NCBI GenBank assembly: GCA_038727095.1
Contig: JAVYWK010000040.1
Coordinates: 1-13,769 of the forward strand
From: Thermofilaceae archaeon
Lineage (GTDB): Archaea > Thermoproteota > Thermoprotei > Thermofilales > Thermofilaceae
Direction: 5' to 3'
DNA: 13,769 nucleotides
Of this stretch, positions 1-8,255 are shown piece by piece. The notes under the pieces were generated by a model that searched no databases, was not told the DNA's origin, and saw only the letters and a program-made list of their open reading frames with translations. Within the stretch, counting starts at the first letter, position 1, and every line of letters begins with the position of its first letter. Made by a program: the position numbers and the translations under genes.

Positions 1-2
1 TG

Positions 3-983
3 TACAGGTATAGGAGGAGGTTTGTTGAAGTGTTATCGACGTTGTGGAAGAGGGATGTTGTGGAGCAGGGTCTCTCGCTGAGGCTCGCCACAGTGCTGAT
101 GCTTATCGGCTTCTTCGGCTGGTACGCACTCATGCTAGCAGAGCAAGCTAGCCCAATCGTAGCACTACTCGTACCAATCTGGGCTATACTGATCAACATT
201 TTCTTCGCCCGAATATGGTCCGAATTCTTCTGGTTTGCAGCGGATTGGGGCTTATCATGGGTTCCAACCTACGAGTTTGGCAGGTTGGTGCACGGCTGGC
301 CGAGTTACACTGACGTAGGATGGGATAACCCGAACACGAACCCCGCCTGGTTCACCATCGCTCGACATATGGTTAATTTAGGTAACTGGAATATTGGGTT
401 TAGCCCATTAAGTGCTGGCCACCACATCGCGCTCTATAAGTTAGCTCGTGACTTGAGGATGAGGATGACGGATCTGCTGGTTTCCATTGTGCTGGGTTCG
501 GTGATCTTTTCCTTCGTCGCTATGCCGCTCACAGCTTACTTCATCCTCCACACAAAGGGGGGTCTCAACGCAACAAACGCTGGAGGTGGAAGTTGGTGGC
601 CTTGGATGACTGCCGGAAGATTACATAGAGGGTACTGGGTTACCGCAGGGTTAACCCCCGACGTTGTTGCCTGGCTCATCTACGGCGTAGGTTTTGTTCT
701 AGGTATAGTCCTTTATGTTGCTAAATTGTACGTACCCCTGCTTTGGTTCATAAATCCGGTCGCGTTAATGCCTGCTGACGCCTACAGCTGGCTCGTTCCC
801 TCACTAGGCTTGATAATAAAACTTGTTGCAGTCAGAACGATTGGAATGAAAAAGTATGAAGAATACGTAATCCCAGCTGTAGCCGGATGGATACTCGGTT
901 TCGGTGCAACATGGCTACCAGCAGCACTCATAAACCTAGCCGTAGCTACAGTACCTAGGCTAAGTGCACTTTTCATGCCCTAA
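3..983 (+). CDS. Polytopic membrane protein, DUF6785/DUF6784-like putative (peptide) transporter; 5'-truncated by the window edge
   Basis: The frame is open from position 3 (YRYRRRFVEVLSTLW...), so the GTG at 30 is probably internal. Many hydrophobic segments. The C-terminal SLGLIIKLVAVRTIGMKKYEEYVIPAVAGWILG resembles the DUF6784-type pattern as I recall it. Confidence 0.6.
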   Translation, partial: YRYRRRFVEVLSTLWKRDVVEQGLSLRLATVLMLIGFFGWYALMLAEQASPIVALLVPIWAILINIFFARIWSEFFWFAADWGLSWVPTYEFGRLVHGWPSYTDVGWDNPNTNPAWFTIARHMVNLGNWNIGFSPLSAGHHIALYKLARDLRMRMTDLLVSIVLGSVIFSFVAMPLTAYFILHTKGGLNATNAGGGSWWPWMTAGRLHRGYWVTAGLTPDVVAWLIYGVGFVLGIVLYVAKLYVPLLWFINPVALMPADAYSWLVPSLGLIIKLVAVRTIGMKKYEEYVIPAVAGWILGFGATWLPAALINLAVATVPRLSALFMP

Positions 984-1065
984 AAGGTCAAATTAAGAAA
1001 GATCCTATATTTTGTTTTACATGAATTTCTATTAAAAGATATAATATAAGTTTTAATTTTAATGA

Positions 1066-1467
1066 CTAGTCGACATACATCTGACAGTTGTAGCAGTACC
1101 ACCGCTGGTATTGGGGTATCCAGACGGCTGGCTTCCCGCAGTAGGGGCAGTTTTTCTCCTCTTTCTTCTTTAGAAAGGGTATACTAACGCGTGGCGTGGA
1201 TGGTTGAGCTGCTGGAGTTACGGGAGGGGTAACCGCCGGCTGGGTCGCCGCGGCGGGAAGCTCGACTTTCTCCTTGAGGAGGACGATGTCCTTCGCGGCT
1301 GCAACCTTATCCGAGGGGATTTCCATGGTTAAGCCGCCGGGGGTTCTGACGACGAGTAGAACTTCCTTTTCCTCCAGCTTAAACGCTAGATCAACAACGT
1401 CCCCGATGAGCTTCGCCTCCTGGTCGTAGACGCGCTTACCGATAACCTCGCCTCTCTTTACGCTCAT
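1066..1467 (-). CDS. PRC-barrel domain protein with Pro/Ala/Thr linker and C-terminal zinc ribbon
   Basis: N-terminal IGKRVYDQEAKLIGDVVDL...IPSDKVAAAKDIVLL is a PRC-barrel signature. Low-complexity linker PAAATQPAVTPPVTPAAQP. C-terminal CPYC-x14-CYNC. Confidence 0.85.
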   Translation of the reverse strand: MSVKRGEVIGKRVYDQEAKLIGDVVDLAFKLEEKEVLLVVRTPGGLTMEIPSDKVAAAKDIVLLKEKVELPAAATQPAVTPPVTPAAQPSTPRVSIPFLKKKEEKNCPYCGKPAVWIPQYQRWYCYNCQMYVD

Positions 1468-1490
1468 TGACTTACGCCTCGATGGTTACA

Positions 1491-1497
1491 TTTTAAG
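1491..1497 (-). promoter_or_regulatory. TATA box for the PRC-barrel gene (probably leaderless)
   Basis: CTTAAAA on the minus strand, 24-30 bp upstream of the ATG at 1467. Confidence 0.55.
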
Positions 1498-1630
1498 CTT
1501 TCTCTCTCCTAGATATAGCGGTAAGGCGCCACTTCACGCACTGAGCTGTCCAAATTGGGTCGCGCCTCAAGCTCAAGTCGGACCACACGTTGAGCGGAAG
1601 GATGATTAAACGCCCCTTGAAGGGGGTCTT

Positions 1631-2962
1631 ATGGAACAGGAGGGACGGATCCGCTACATCGTGGATTTGCTCTCCAGGCTGATACAGGTGGATACCACGA
1701 ATCCCCCCGGTAACGAGACGCCTGCTGCGAAGATGATCGTCGAGGAGCTCGAGGGGAAAGGTGTTGACTACAGGTTCCTTGAGAGCGCACCCAACAGGGG
1801 GAACGTGGTCGCCTGGGTGGAGTCCAGGGAGCCCGGCCCTTCGCTCCTCCTACTCTCCCACTTGGACGTGGTGCCGGCGAAGCCGGAGGAGTGGAGCATC
1901 GACCCGTTCTCGGGGGCTGTGAAGGACGGCTTCGTTTGGGGGAGGGGTGCTCTAGACGACAAGCTCTCGGCAGCCGTCATGCTGAGGGTCTTCCTCGACT
2001 TCGCCGAGACTGGGAAGTTCAGGGGGAAGCTGATCTACGCCGCGACGGTGGACGAGGAGATGGGCGGTAGAATGGGTGCCGGCTGGCTGGTCGGGAACCA
2101 CCCGGACCTGGTTAAGGCTGACTACGTGATCAACGAGGGTGGGGGTTTCGAGCACCCCGGAAGAAGGAGCTTGTTTCTGGTCCAGACGGCTGAGAAGGGT
2201 GTCTTCTGGTTCAAGCTGAAGTTCAAGGGGAGGCCGGGCCACGCCTCGATGCCGAAATCGGGCGACAACGCCCTTCTGAAGGCGGCTGAAGCGGCCAGGA
2301 GGCTCGGCGCAAAGCAGCCACCGGTCGACTTGAAGCTACCGGCGAAGAGGATGATAGCCGGTTTCCTCGAGGCAAGGGGGGTTCCGCCCCCTCTGAGGGC
2401 GTTGCTGGCCACCCGGTTCGGTGCAGGGTTGATCGTGAAGCTCGCGGGAGATTCGGCCCCAATGATCGACGCGATGCTTCGGAACACGATGTCCCCCACG
2501 GTCGTGCAGGGCGGGAATAAGGTCAACATCATCCCCTCCTACTGCGAGTTGAGCGTCGACTGCAGACTCCTGCCGGGGTACGGGGAGGAGTGGGTGAAGA
2601 GCTACGTGGCTAGAGCGCTTGAGGGGTTGGAGTTCGAGCTCGAGTTCATCCATAGGGAGCCTGCAACCGAGAGCCCCCTCGACACGCCCCTCTTCCACGC
2701 CATCCAGGACGCTGTCCACTCGGAGGTTCCCGGAGCGCTGGTGGCACCCTACATGTCTACGGGGGGCACCGACTCGAGGTTCTTCAGAACCGCCTTCGGC
2801 AGCGTCGCGTACGGCTTCGTCCCACTGAGGGCCGACCTGCCCCTGAGGGAGCTGCTGAAGATGGTCCACGGGGTGGATGAAAGAGTGTCCATCAAGAACG
2901 TGGAGTTCTGCTACCGGGTTCTCACTAGAACTTTGGAAGGCTTCTACGCCAGGGTGAAGTGA
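1631..2962 (+). CDS. M20/M25/M40 family metallo-hydrolase (ArgE/DapE-like peptidase/deacylase)
   Basis: Metal-binding motifs SHLDVV, GRGALDDK, DEE, NEGG and C-terminal HGVDE. Dimerisation-domain motifs GHAS and NIIP. GGTDSRF. ATTAAA at 1605-1610 fits a leaderless promoter. Confidence 0.93.
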   Translation: MEQEGRIRYIVDLLSRLIQVDTTNPPGNETPAAKMIVEELEGKGVDYRFLESAPNRGNVVAWVESREPGPSLLLLSHLDVVPAKPEEWSIDPFSGAVKDGFVWGRGALDDKLSAAVMLRVFLDFAETGKFRGKLIYAATVDEEMGGRMGAGWLVGNHPDLVKADYVINEGGGFEHPGRRSLFLVQTAEKGVFWFKLKFKGRPGHASMPKSGDNALLKAAEAARRLGAKQPPVDLKLPAKRMIAGFLEARGVPPPLRALLATRFGAGLIVKLAGDSAPMIDAMLRNTMSPTVVQGGNKVNIIPSYCELSVDCRLLPGYGEEWVKSYVARALEGLEFELEFIHREPATESPLDTPLFHAIQDAVHSEVPGALVAPYMSTGGTDSRFFRTAFGSVAYGFVPLRADLPLRELLKMVHGVDERVSIKNVEFCYRVLTRTLEGFYARVK

Positions 2963-3000
2963 CGCCTGCAGCAGGGCTTCCAGCGTAGCCCTACCATCCC

Positions 3001-3064
3001 TCAAAGTTGTTCTGTATGGAAATAGCATTTAATCAAAGTTGTTCTCCATGAGAACAGTTTTAAG
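3001..3064 (+). promoter_or_regulatory. Tandem palindromic operator plus TATA box upstream of the COG1373 ATPase
   Basis: Direct repeat TCAAAGTTGTTCT at 3001-3013 and 3033-3045. The second copy holds the perfect inverted repeat TGTTCTC-CAT-GAGAACA (3040-3056). TTTTAAG at 3058-3064 lies about 25 bp before the GTG at 3085. Confidence 0.65.
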
Positions 3065-3084
3065 GGCGTGCAGCAGGTAGGCGC

Positions 3085-4407
3085 GTGAACAGGTCGGAGG
3101 ACTTCAAGCGCGTGCTGGCAGAATGGAAGGTTTGGAAGCCACCGTGGATTGTGGAGCGGGAGGTTGAGCTCCCCCATGCGCTCCCCTCAATCGTCACGGT
3201 CGTGGGACCACGGCAGGCGGGTAAGACATTCCGGCTCTTCCAGCTGGTTCGCGAGCTAGTGGAAGCGGGTGTCCCGCGTGATAACATCCTCTACGTCAAC
3301 TTCGAGCACGAGAGGTTGAGGAGGCTGGACGCGAACGACCTGGAGGAGATGCTGAAGGTGTACTTCCAGCTTTTCAAGCCGAACCCGGGCCACCCGATCT
3401 ACCTCCTGCTGGACGAGGTTCAGCTGGTCGCGGACTGGGACAAGTGGGTGCGCCGCATCCACGATAGGGGAGGGTTCCGGCTCTACATCACCGGCTCCAC
3501 CTCGAAGCTCACGAGCCGCGAGATCGCGGACTCCCTGCGCGGCAGGAGCGCGGACTACCTCGTGCTCCCCTTCAGCTTCCGGGAGTTCCTCAAGGCTAGG
3601 GGCTTCGAGGTCGGCGACGCGGAGGTCCTCACCTACCTGGAGGAGAGGGGTAGGGTCCTGGGGCTGCTCGAGGAGTACCTCGTCTACGGCGGCTTCCCGC
3701 GCGTCGTGCTGACCGAGGATCCGGAGGAGAAGAGGCGCGTGCTCAAGGCCCACTACGAGGCGATCTTCTACCGGGACCTCGTCGATAGGTGCAAGCTCGA
3801 CCCCGAGCTGCTCGACGCCCTGCTGACCGCACTGATCTCCAGCTTCGCGGGGCTCTACAGCGCGTCGAAGCTGCACAACTACGTCAAATCGCTGGGCTTG
3901 CGCTGCAGCAAAGCAACCCTCATCAAGTACGTCTCCTGCGCCCAGCAAGCGTACCTCCTCTTCCTTTCCCAGATCCACTCGCCCTCCGTTAGAAGCAGGC
4001 GACAGTACCCGAGAAAGGCGTACGTGGTGGACAACGGGATCATCACCACCCTCGTTCCGGAGGCCGCCGAGAACCTTGGGAGGCTGATGGAGAACGCCGT
4101 CGCCGTCGAGCTTGTGAGGAGGGGCTGGGAGCTCCGGTACTGGAGGGAGTACGGGAGGAGGGAGGGTAGGGAGGTGGACTTCGTCCTCATCCAAGGGCTG
4201 AAGGTGAGGCAGCTGGTTCAGGTCACCTACGCGAGCAGCAGGTCGGAAGTGAAGGGGAGGGAGCTGGAGGCGCTCCGGAAGGCTGGCGAGGAGCTCGGCT
4301 GCCGCGACGCGCTCATCATCACGTGGGACTATGAGGGGAGGGAGGAGTTCGAGGGCCTCGAGGTGCGCTACACTCCCCTATGGAAGTGGCTGCTAAATCG
4401 AGGCTAA
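3085..4407 (+). CDS. COG1373 ATP-binding protein (AAA_14 ATPase, central HTH, C-terminal DUF4143)
   Basis: Walker A GPRQAGKT, Walker B LLLDEVQ, ITGS, LRGR, YGGFP. DUF4143 motifs KAYVVDNG, ENAVAVEL, EVDFV, VQVT. C-terminal PLWKWLL. Confidence 0.92.
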   Translation: MNRSEDFKRVLAEWKVWKPPWIVEREVELPHALPSIVTVVGPRQAGKTFRLFQLVRELVEAGVPRDNILYVNFEHERLRRLDANDLEEMLKVYFQLFKPNPGHPIYLLLDEVQLVADWDKWVRRIHDRGGFRLYITGSTSKLTSREIADSLRGRSADYLVLPFSFREFLKARGFEVGDAEVLTYLEERGRVLGLLEEYLVYGGFPRVVLTEDPEEKRRVLKAHYEAIFYRDLVDRCKLDPELLDALLTALISSFAGLYSASKLHNYVKSLGLRCSKATLIKYVSCAQQAYLLFLSQIHSPSVRSRRQYPRKAYVVDNGIITTLVPEAAENLGRLMENAVAVELVRRGWELRYWREYGRREGREVDFVLIQGLKVRQLVQVTYASSRSEVKGRELEALRKAGEELGCRDALIITWDYEGREEFEGLEVRYTPLWKWLLNRG

Positions 4408-5199
4408 GGCTTGCACGTCCTCCGGAGCCAACCTCCAGCCCATCGAGCCCAGCAGCTCTCTGATGTGCTCGACATTCTCGCTCTTCACTATCGCCATAAC
4501 CCTCTCGTGCCTGATCACGTAGTTTAACGCCACCTGGATAGCCGTCCTCCCGTACTTCTCAGCGATCCTCTTGAGCGTGGGGTCACGGGCTACGCTGCCC
4601 TTCTCGATGGGGGTGTAGGCCTGGATGGTGATCCTATTTCTAGTGCAGAAATCTAAGAGCTCCCTCTCGACCAGTTCCCGGTGGTAGACGCTGTACCTGA
4701 CCTGGTTTACGGCAATCTCAGCCCCCCTTGCGCTCTCCACAGCTGCGCTCAAATCCCTCAAGCTGAAGTTGCTCACGCCTATGTACCTGGTTAAGCCCTC
4801 GCTGTACACCGCTTCGAAGTTCCTGACTTGATCCTCGATGCTCATGGACCTGTTCGGCCAGTGTATCAGGATCAGGTCTGCGTACCTGACTCCCAGCCTA
4901 CCGAGGCTTGACCTCGCGGCTTTCAATACCGCGCTCTTGCTCACCAGCTTATCCGGCCAGATCTTCGTCGTTATGAAGACGCTATCCCTCCCGAACTCCC
5001 TAACCACCCTACCCACGAACTCCTCGGCTCTGCCGCCATCGTACATCTCAGCCGTGTCGATGTTATCGATGCCCCGCTGTAGCGCGTAAAGGAACGCTTC
5101 CTCAGCCCTCTCGTAATCCCTGATGGCCCAGGTTCCCAAGCCGATGGCTGAAACCCCGTCCGCCCCAATCGGCCTCCTCTCGATCAAGGTGCGCTCCAC
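4393..5199 (-). CDS. Aldo/keto reductase
   Basis: IGLGTW, IDTAEMY (catalytic D/Y), FITTK, LIHWP, IGVSNF, NQVRYS, AYTPI. Its 3' end overlaps the convergent ATPase by 15 bp. Confidence 0.95.
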   Translation of the reverse strand: MERTLIERRPIGADGVSAIGLGTWAIRDYERAEEAFLYALQRGIDNIDTAEMYDGGRAEEFVGRVVREFGRDSVFITTKIWPDKLVSKSAVLKAARSSLGRLGVRYADLILIHWPNRSMSIEDQVRNFEAVYSEGLTRYIGVSNFSLRDLSAAVESARGAEIAVNQVRYSVYHRELVERELLDFCTRNRITIQAYTPIEKGSVARDPTLKRIAEKYGRTAIQVALNYVIRHERVMAIVKSENVEHIRELLGSMGWRLAPEDVQALASI

Positions 5200-5422
5200 A
5201 GCAGTCTAGAGCACGTTTGTGCAACTACATATTCTTTCCTGTACACCGGGGCAGGAATCGCGATTTATCCAACCCCTACCACACCCTTAATGCGTTACTC
5301 GGTCTGCACCGCGGCGGCTCAGGTAGAAGCTGTGCAAGCCCGCGGGCTCGATCGCTCAGGAGGTGGAGGGGGTGGCGGAGGTTGGAGCTTTGAACCGCTT
5401 TACGCTTCGTCGGGTGAGCTGC

Positions 5423-7030
5423 TCATGCAGCGCGCGCCGCTCGTGCCGCTACCCCTGTGCGCTCCATCTCGCTTGAAGCGAGAGCTTCCACGAGCTCCTC
5501 GAAGCTGAGTACCTTTATGGGGACGGCGAACCTGATCCCGCTGGGTGGCGACACGATCAGTGCCTCACCCCTGTCCAGCGTCTTGATCTCCTGCTCGGCT
5601 TCGTCAAGGTAGGGGCTGTACTGGATCACCTTGGTCAAATCCGGCTTCGTCGGTAGCGGCAGGATTATCTTCGTAAGGGCTTGCCTGATCACGGTCTCGA
5701 TCAGCTCCCCGGGCATCTGGGTGATGTAGAGGGCGCCAACCTTGTACTTCCTCCCCCTCTTCGCGATCGTAGTGAAGATGTTCTCCCGAACTTCGCCCCC
5801 AGCCGCCTGCTTCGAGAGGTAGCGGTGCGCCTCCTCAACCGCGATCAGCACGTAGGGCAGGTTCTCCCACTCGTCAAGCGAGTACTTCCTAGCCCTCTCG
5901 TAGGCGTAGAAGATCCTCCTCGCCACCGCGATGGTCAACAGCTTCTCCTCACCCTCGCTGGCGAAGGGCATGTCGAATAGAACCACCCTCCCCTCCTGCA
6001 CAGCCCCCAAGACCGCGCTGAACAAGTCGTGCGGGACGCGGGGCGCGAAGATCCCGCTCGTCCCGAGCAGGTGGCGAACCTTCCTCTTCGTCACCGCCAC
6101 CGTGTTGACGGGGGCCATCCCGCCGAGCCGCTTGTGGAGGCTCCTCGAGTCCACGGTCGTTATGATCTCCAGCCAATCCTCCCCTAACGTCCTGTAGGCG
6201 AGCCAGAGGAACTCCTCCTGGGGCTCGGTGAACTCACCCGTCATCGTGAAGTCGGACGGCTTGAGGGATGCGAAATCCACCTTCAGGGGGTGGGCCAGCA
6301 CCTCCCTCTCAACCTCCTCTCCAGCCAGCTCGAGGGTCAGCTTGAGCCTCGTCGGCTCCTCAACCCTGGGTGTCACGACGAAGAGCCGCTCCTCGGATTG
6401 TGGTAGGTGCGCCAACCCGTACTTCCCCGGCTCGGAGCCCGTGAGGTACTCGCTCTCCACGTCGAAGAGCACGAGGCTGTACTTCGGGGGTGCGAGCATG
6501 AAGGCGGCTGCAAGCACCTTCCCCAGGTTCGACTTCCCAGCCCCCGTTACTCCGCAAACGAGCACGTGGTGGGGGATCACCTTAGACCCGTCCAGGGATA
6601 CGAGGGCGTCGGAGGGCCTGTGCCCCACCCTGACGAGGCCGATCACGAGGTCGCCCGCGTCCAAACGGAGCTGCTTCAAGTCCTCCTTCCCCAAGCTCTC
6701 GACGGTTGTAAAGAGCCTGGGGACTGAAGTGGGGCCCTGCACGCGCCCGTCCCTCTCGATCTGGCAGAGGATTGTGGCGATCGCCGTGTCGTAGAGGCGG
6801 AGGGGCTTATCGTACAGCTCCACCCTACCCCCCTGAGCCGCCGCGTGGCTGGCAGCCGCGATCTCCGCCGGCGTCAGCAGGCTCTCCGGCCTGAAGTCGT
6901 ACACCCTCATCACGTACTTGCGATCCTCGTCCTCGACCTTGACGAGCTGGCCCCTCTCAACGCGCGCCCCCTCCAGTATCCTGAACTTGACGGTAACCCC
7001 CTCGACCCAGACGACGACTCCCAGCTTCAG
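5423..7030 (-). CDS. herA: HerA-family DNA translocase/ATPase (HAS barrel + DUF87/HerA ATPase); start extended to a CTG at 7030
   Basis: Walker A GVTGAGKS, Walker B IAVEEAH, arginine-finger KRGRKY, ITQMP. The frame is open 39 codons upstream of the listed start at 6913 and encodes a HAS-barrel-like N-terminus (LKLGVVVWVEGVTVKFRILEGARVERGQLVKVEDEDRKY). Family call is firm; exact start is less certain. Confidence 0.88.
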   Translation of the reverse strand: MKLGVVVWVEGVTVKFRILEGARVERGQLVKVEDEDRKYVMRVYDFRPESLLTPAEIAAASHAAAQGGRVELYDKPLRLYDTAIATILCQIERDGRVQGPTSVPRLFTTVESLGKEDLKQLRLDAGDLVIGLVRVGHRPSDALVSLDGSKVIPHHVLVCGVTGAGKSNLGKVLAAAFMLAPPKYSLVLFDVESEYLTGSEPGKYGLAHLPQSEERLFVVTPRVEEPTRLKLTLELAGEEVEREVLAHPLKVDFASLKPSDFTMTGEFTEPQEEFLWLAYRTLGEDWLEIITTVDSRSLHKRLGGMAPVNTVAVTKRKVRHLLGTSGIFAPRVPHDLFSAVLGAVQEGRVVLFDMPFASEGEEKLLTIAVARRIFYAYERARKYSLDEWENLPYVLIAVEEAHRYLSKQAAGGEVRENIFTTIAKRGRKYKVGALYITQMPGELIETVIRQALTKIILPLPTKPDLTKVIQYSPYLDEAEQEIKTLDRGEALIVSPPSGIRFAVPIKVLSFEELVEALASSEMERTGVAARAARAA

Positions 7031-8064
7031 GGGACATCACCCCAGAGCCCCCTCTCCTTGAAGCTCGCGTAGGCGGCGGAATCGGCGAACAGCTTCTCCT
7101 CCACCCCCCAATCCCTCATCAGATCGAGCAGCACGATGCGGTCGGCCTCAACCTCCCTTTCACTGATCCTTGCGGCCTCGTGGGCAGCCTTCAGCGGGTA
7201 CGGGTAGCCGGGGGATGAAGGGTCCTGCAGCTCGGCGATCTCGCCCAACACCTCGCCGCAGTCGAATCGAGCGAGAGCCCTCCTCGAAACGTCGATCCTC
7301 AGCACGCTCCTACTCAACTCGGAGAGCTTTGCGGCAGCTGGGGCGCCCAGCATCCACGGAGGCAACCCCTCCTCCTTGAACAGGGGGTAGTAGTACCAAG
7401 CAGCACCACCCAAGCTCCTCTCCGCCATCCTCGCGATGTAGCCGAGAGCCCCCTCCCCCGTGTCCAAGGCGAGCCTCGTCCTCTTGGGCACGCCGACGGG
7501 GGTGAGCCCGAGCGCGAGAGCCCTCGCCTCAACCTTCCTGACCAGCTCGCGCGTAGTGAGCCTGTAGAGCGGTGCAACAGTGAGGCTGCGGTCCATCAGC
7601 AGGTAGCCCGCGCCCGAGAGCTCCGCCAGCGCTTTGGCAACCGCCTCGTACTCAACCCGGGTCAGCCACTCAGCCGCCTCGAACCTGCCAGCGACGAGGG
7701 AGACCCTCTTCGCCACCCTCTCCCAAACCCTCTTGATACCCCGGAAAGCAACGACAACGACGCGGCTCTCAACGATCATCGCTGCTCCGAGGTTGAAGAG
7801 GACCTTAGCGCTAGCGTCAGCCGCCACCACCAGCTTCCTGTGCGGCAGCGGCTCGAGCACCCTCAGCTTCGAGGAGTCGACAGGGATCCCTCGAACCACC
7901 CTGCCGAAGAGGTTCAGGATGGGGACTGGCTTCGTGACGACCAGCCCGTCCAGCGTGACTTGGACGCTCCGCCTCCTCTCCTCGAAGATCCTCCTCAGCT
8001 TCTCAGCTAGCACCTCGACGTCCGCCCTCTCGAAGCCGACGCTGATCCAGCGGCTCTGCACCAC
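7027..8064 (-). CDS. nurA: NurA-family nuclease (RNase H-like fold)
   Basis: VAADAS (D83), LMDRSL (D158), GVPKRT and the NurA hallmark PGYPYPLKAAHEAARIS (H295). Directly upstream of and overlapping herA. Confidence 0.88.
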   Translation of the reverse strand: MVQSRWISVGFERADVEVLAEKLRRIFEERRRSVQVTLDGLVVTKPVPILNLFGRVVRGIPVDSSKLRVLEPLPHRKLVVAADASAKVLFNLGAAMIVESRVVVVAFRGIKRVWERVAKRVSLVAGRFEAAEWLTRVEYEAVAKALAELSGAGYLLMDRSLTVAPLYRLTTRELVRKVEARALALGLTPVGVPKRTRLALDTGEGALGYIARMAERSLGGAAWYYYPLFKEEGLPPWMLGAPAAAKLSELSRSVLRIDVSRRALARFDCGEVLGEIAELQDPSSPGYPYPLKAAHEAARISEREVEADRIVLLDLMRDWGVEEKLFADSAAYASFKERGLWGDVP

Positions 8065-8086
8065 GAATAGTGATGCGAGAGTGGGC

Positions 8087-8093
8087 TAATAAA
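8087..8093 (-). promoter_or_regulatory. TATA box for the nurA-herA operon (probably leaderless)
   Basis: TTTATTA on the minus strand, 23-29 bp upstream of the nurA GTG at 8064. Confidence 0.55.
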
Positions 8094-8156
8094 GTTAAAG
8101 ATAATAACGTTTTGGAAAAAAGATTGCACAGACCCGCGGTCGGTTGCGTTGCTCCA

Positions 8157-8229
8157 CAACGGTAGCATTTTCCTGTAACCATCACCCCGTTCCCCCCCGA
8201 GTTAAGGTTTCAGGGAAAGCGTACTGTTG
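8157..8229 (+). repeat. Long imperfect inverted repeat (22-pair stem, 25-nt loop) between nurA and the CARF gene
   Basis: CAACGGTAGCATTTTCCTGTAACC (8157-8180) pairs with GGTTTCAGGGAAAGCGTACTGTTG (8206-8229): 20 Watson-Crick and 2 G-U pairs, two 1-nt bulges, one mismatch. Confidence 0.6.
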
Positions 8230-8255
8230 ACGGGAACGATTAACGGTTGAGATAT

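Noticed and set aside
984-1065. Very AT-rich gap as a replication origin or element boundary
   Set aside because: It lies between convergent genes, so it is likely a bidirectional termination region. No ORB-like repeats or cdc6 gene seen.
3001-3062. Direct repeat as a mini CRISPR array
   Set aside because: Only two 13-bp copies with a 32-bp period, too short for repeat plus spacer, and no cas genes. Better explained as tandem operators.
1768-4194. Long antisense or alternate-frame ORFs (e.g. 2336..3028, 3256..4194)
   Set aside because: Shadow ORFs of GC-rich genes with clear family motifs on the other strand; no recognisable domains.
4393-4407. 15-bp overlap of convergent stop regions (ATPase and aldo/keto reductase)
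   Set aside because: Short convergent overlaps are common in compact archaeal genomes.
5290-5508. 72-aa + strand ORF with poly-Gly
   Set aside because: Overlaps the herA 3' end in antisense and has no recognisable domain. The GGN tract is reported separately.
8003-8185. 60-aa minus-strand ORF with CYRC, a possible small Zn-finger gene leading the nurA operon
   Set aside because: Only one CxxC pair, it runs through the AT-rich nurA promoter and overlaps nurA out of frame. Probably spurious.
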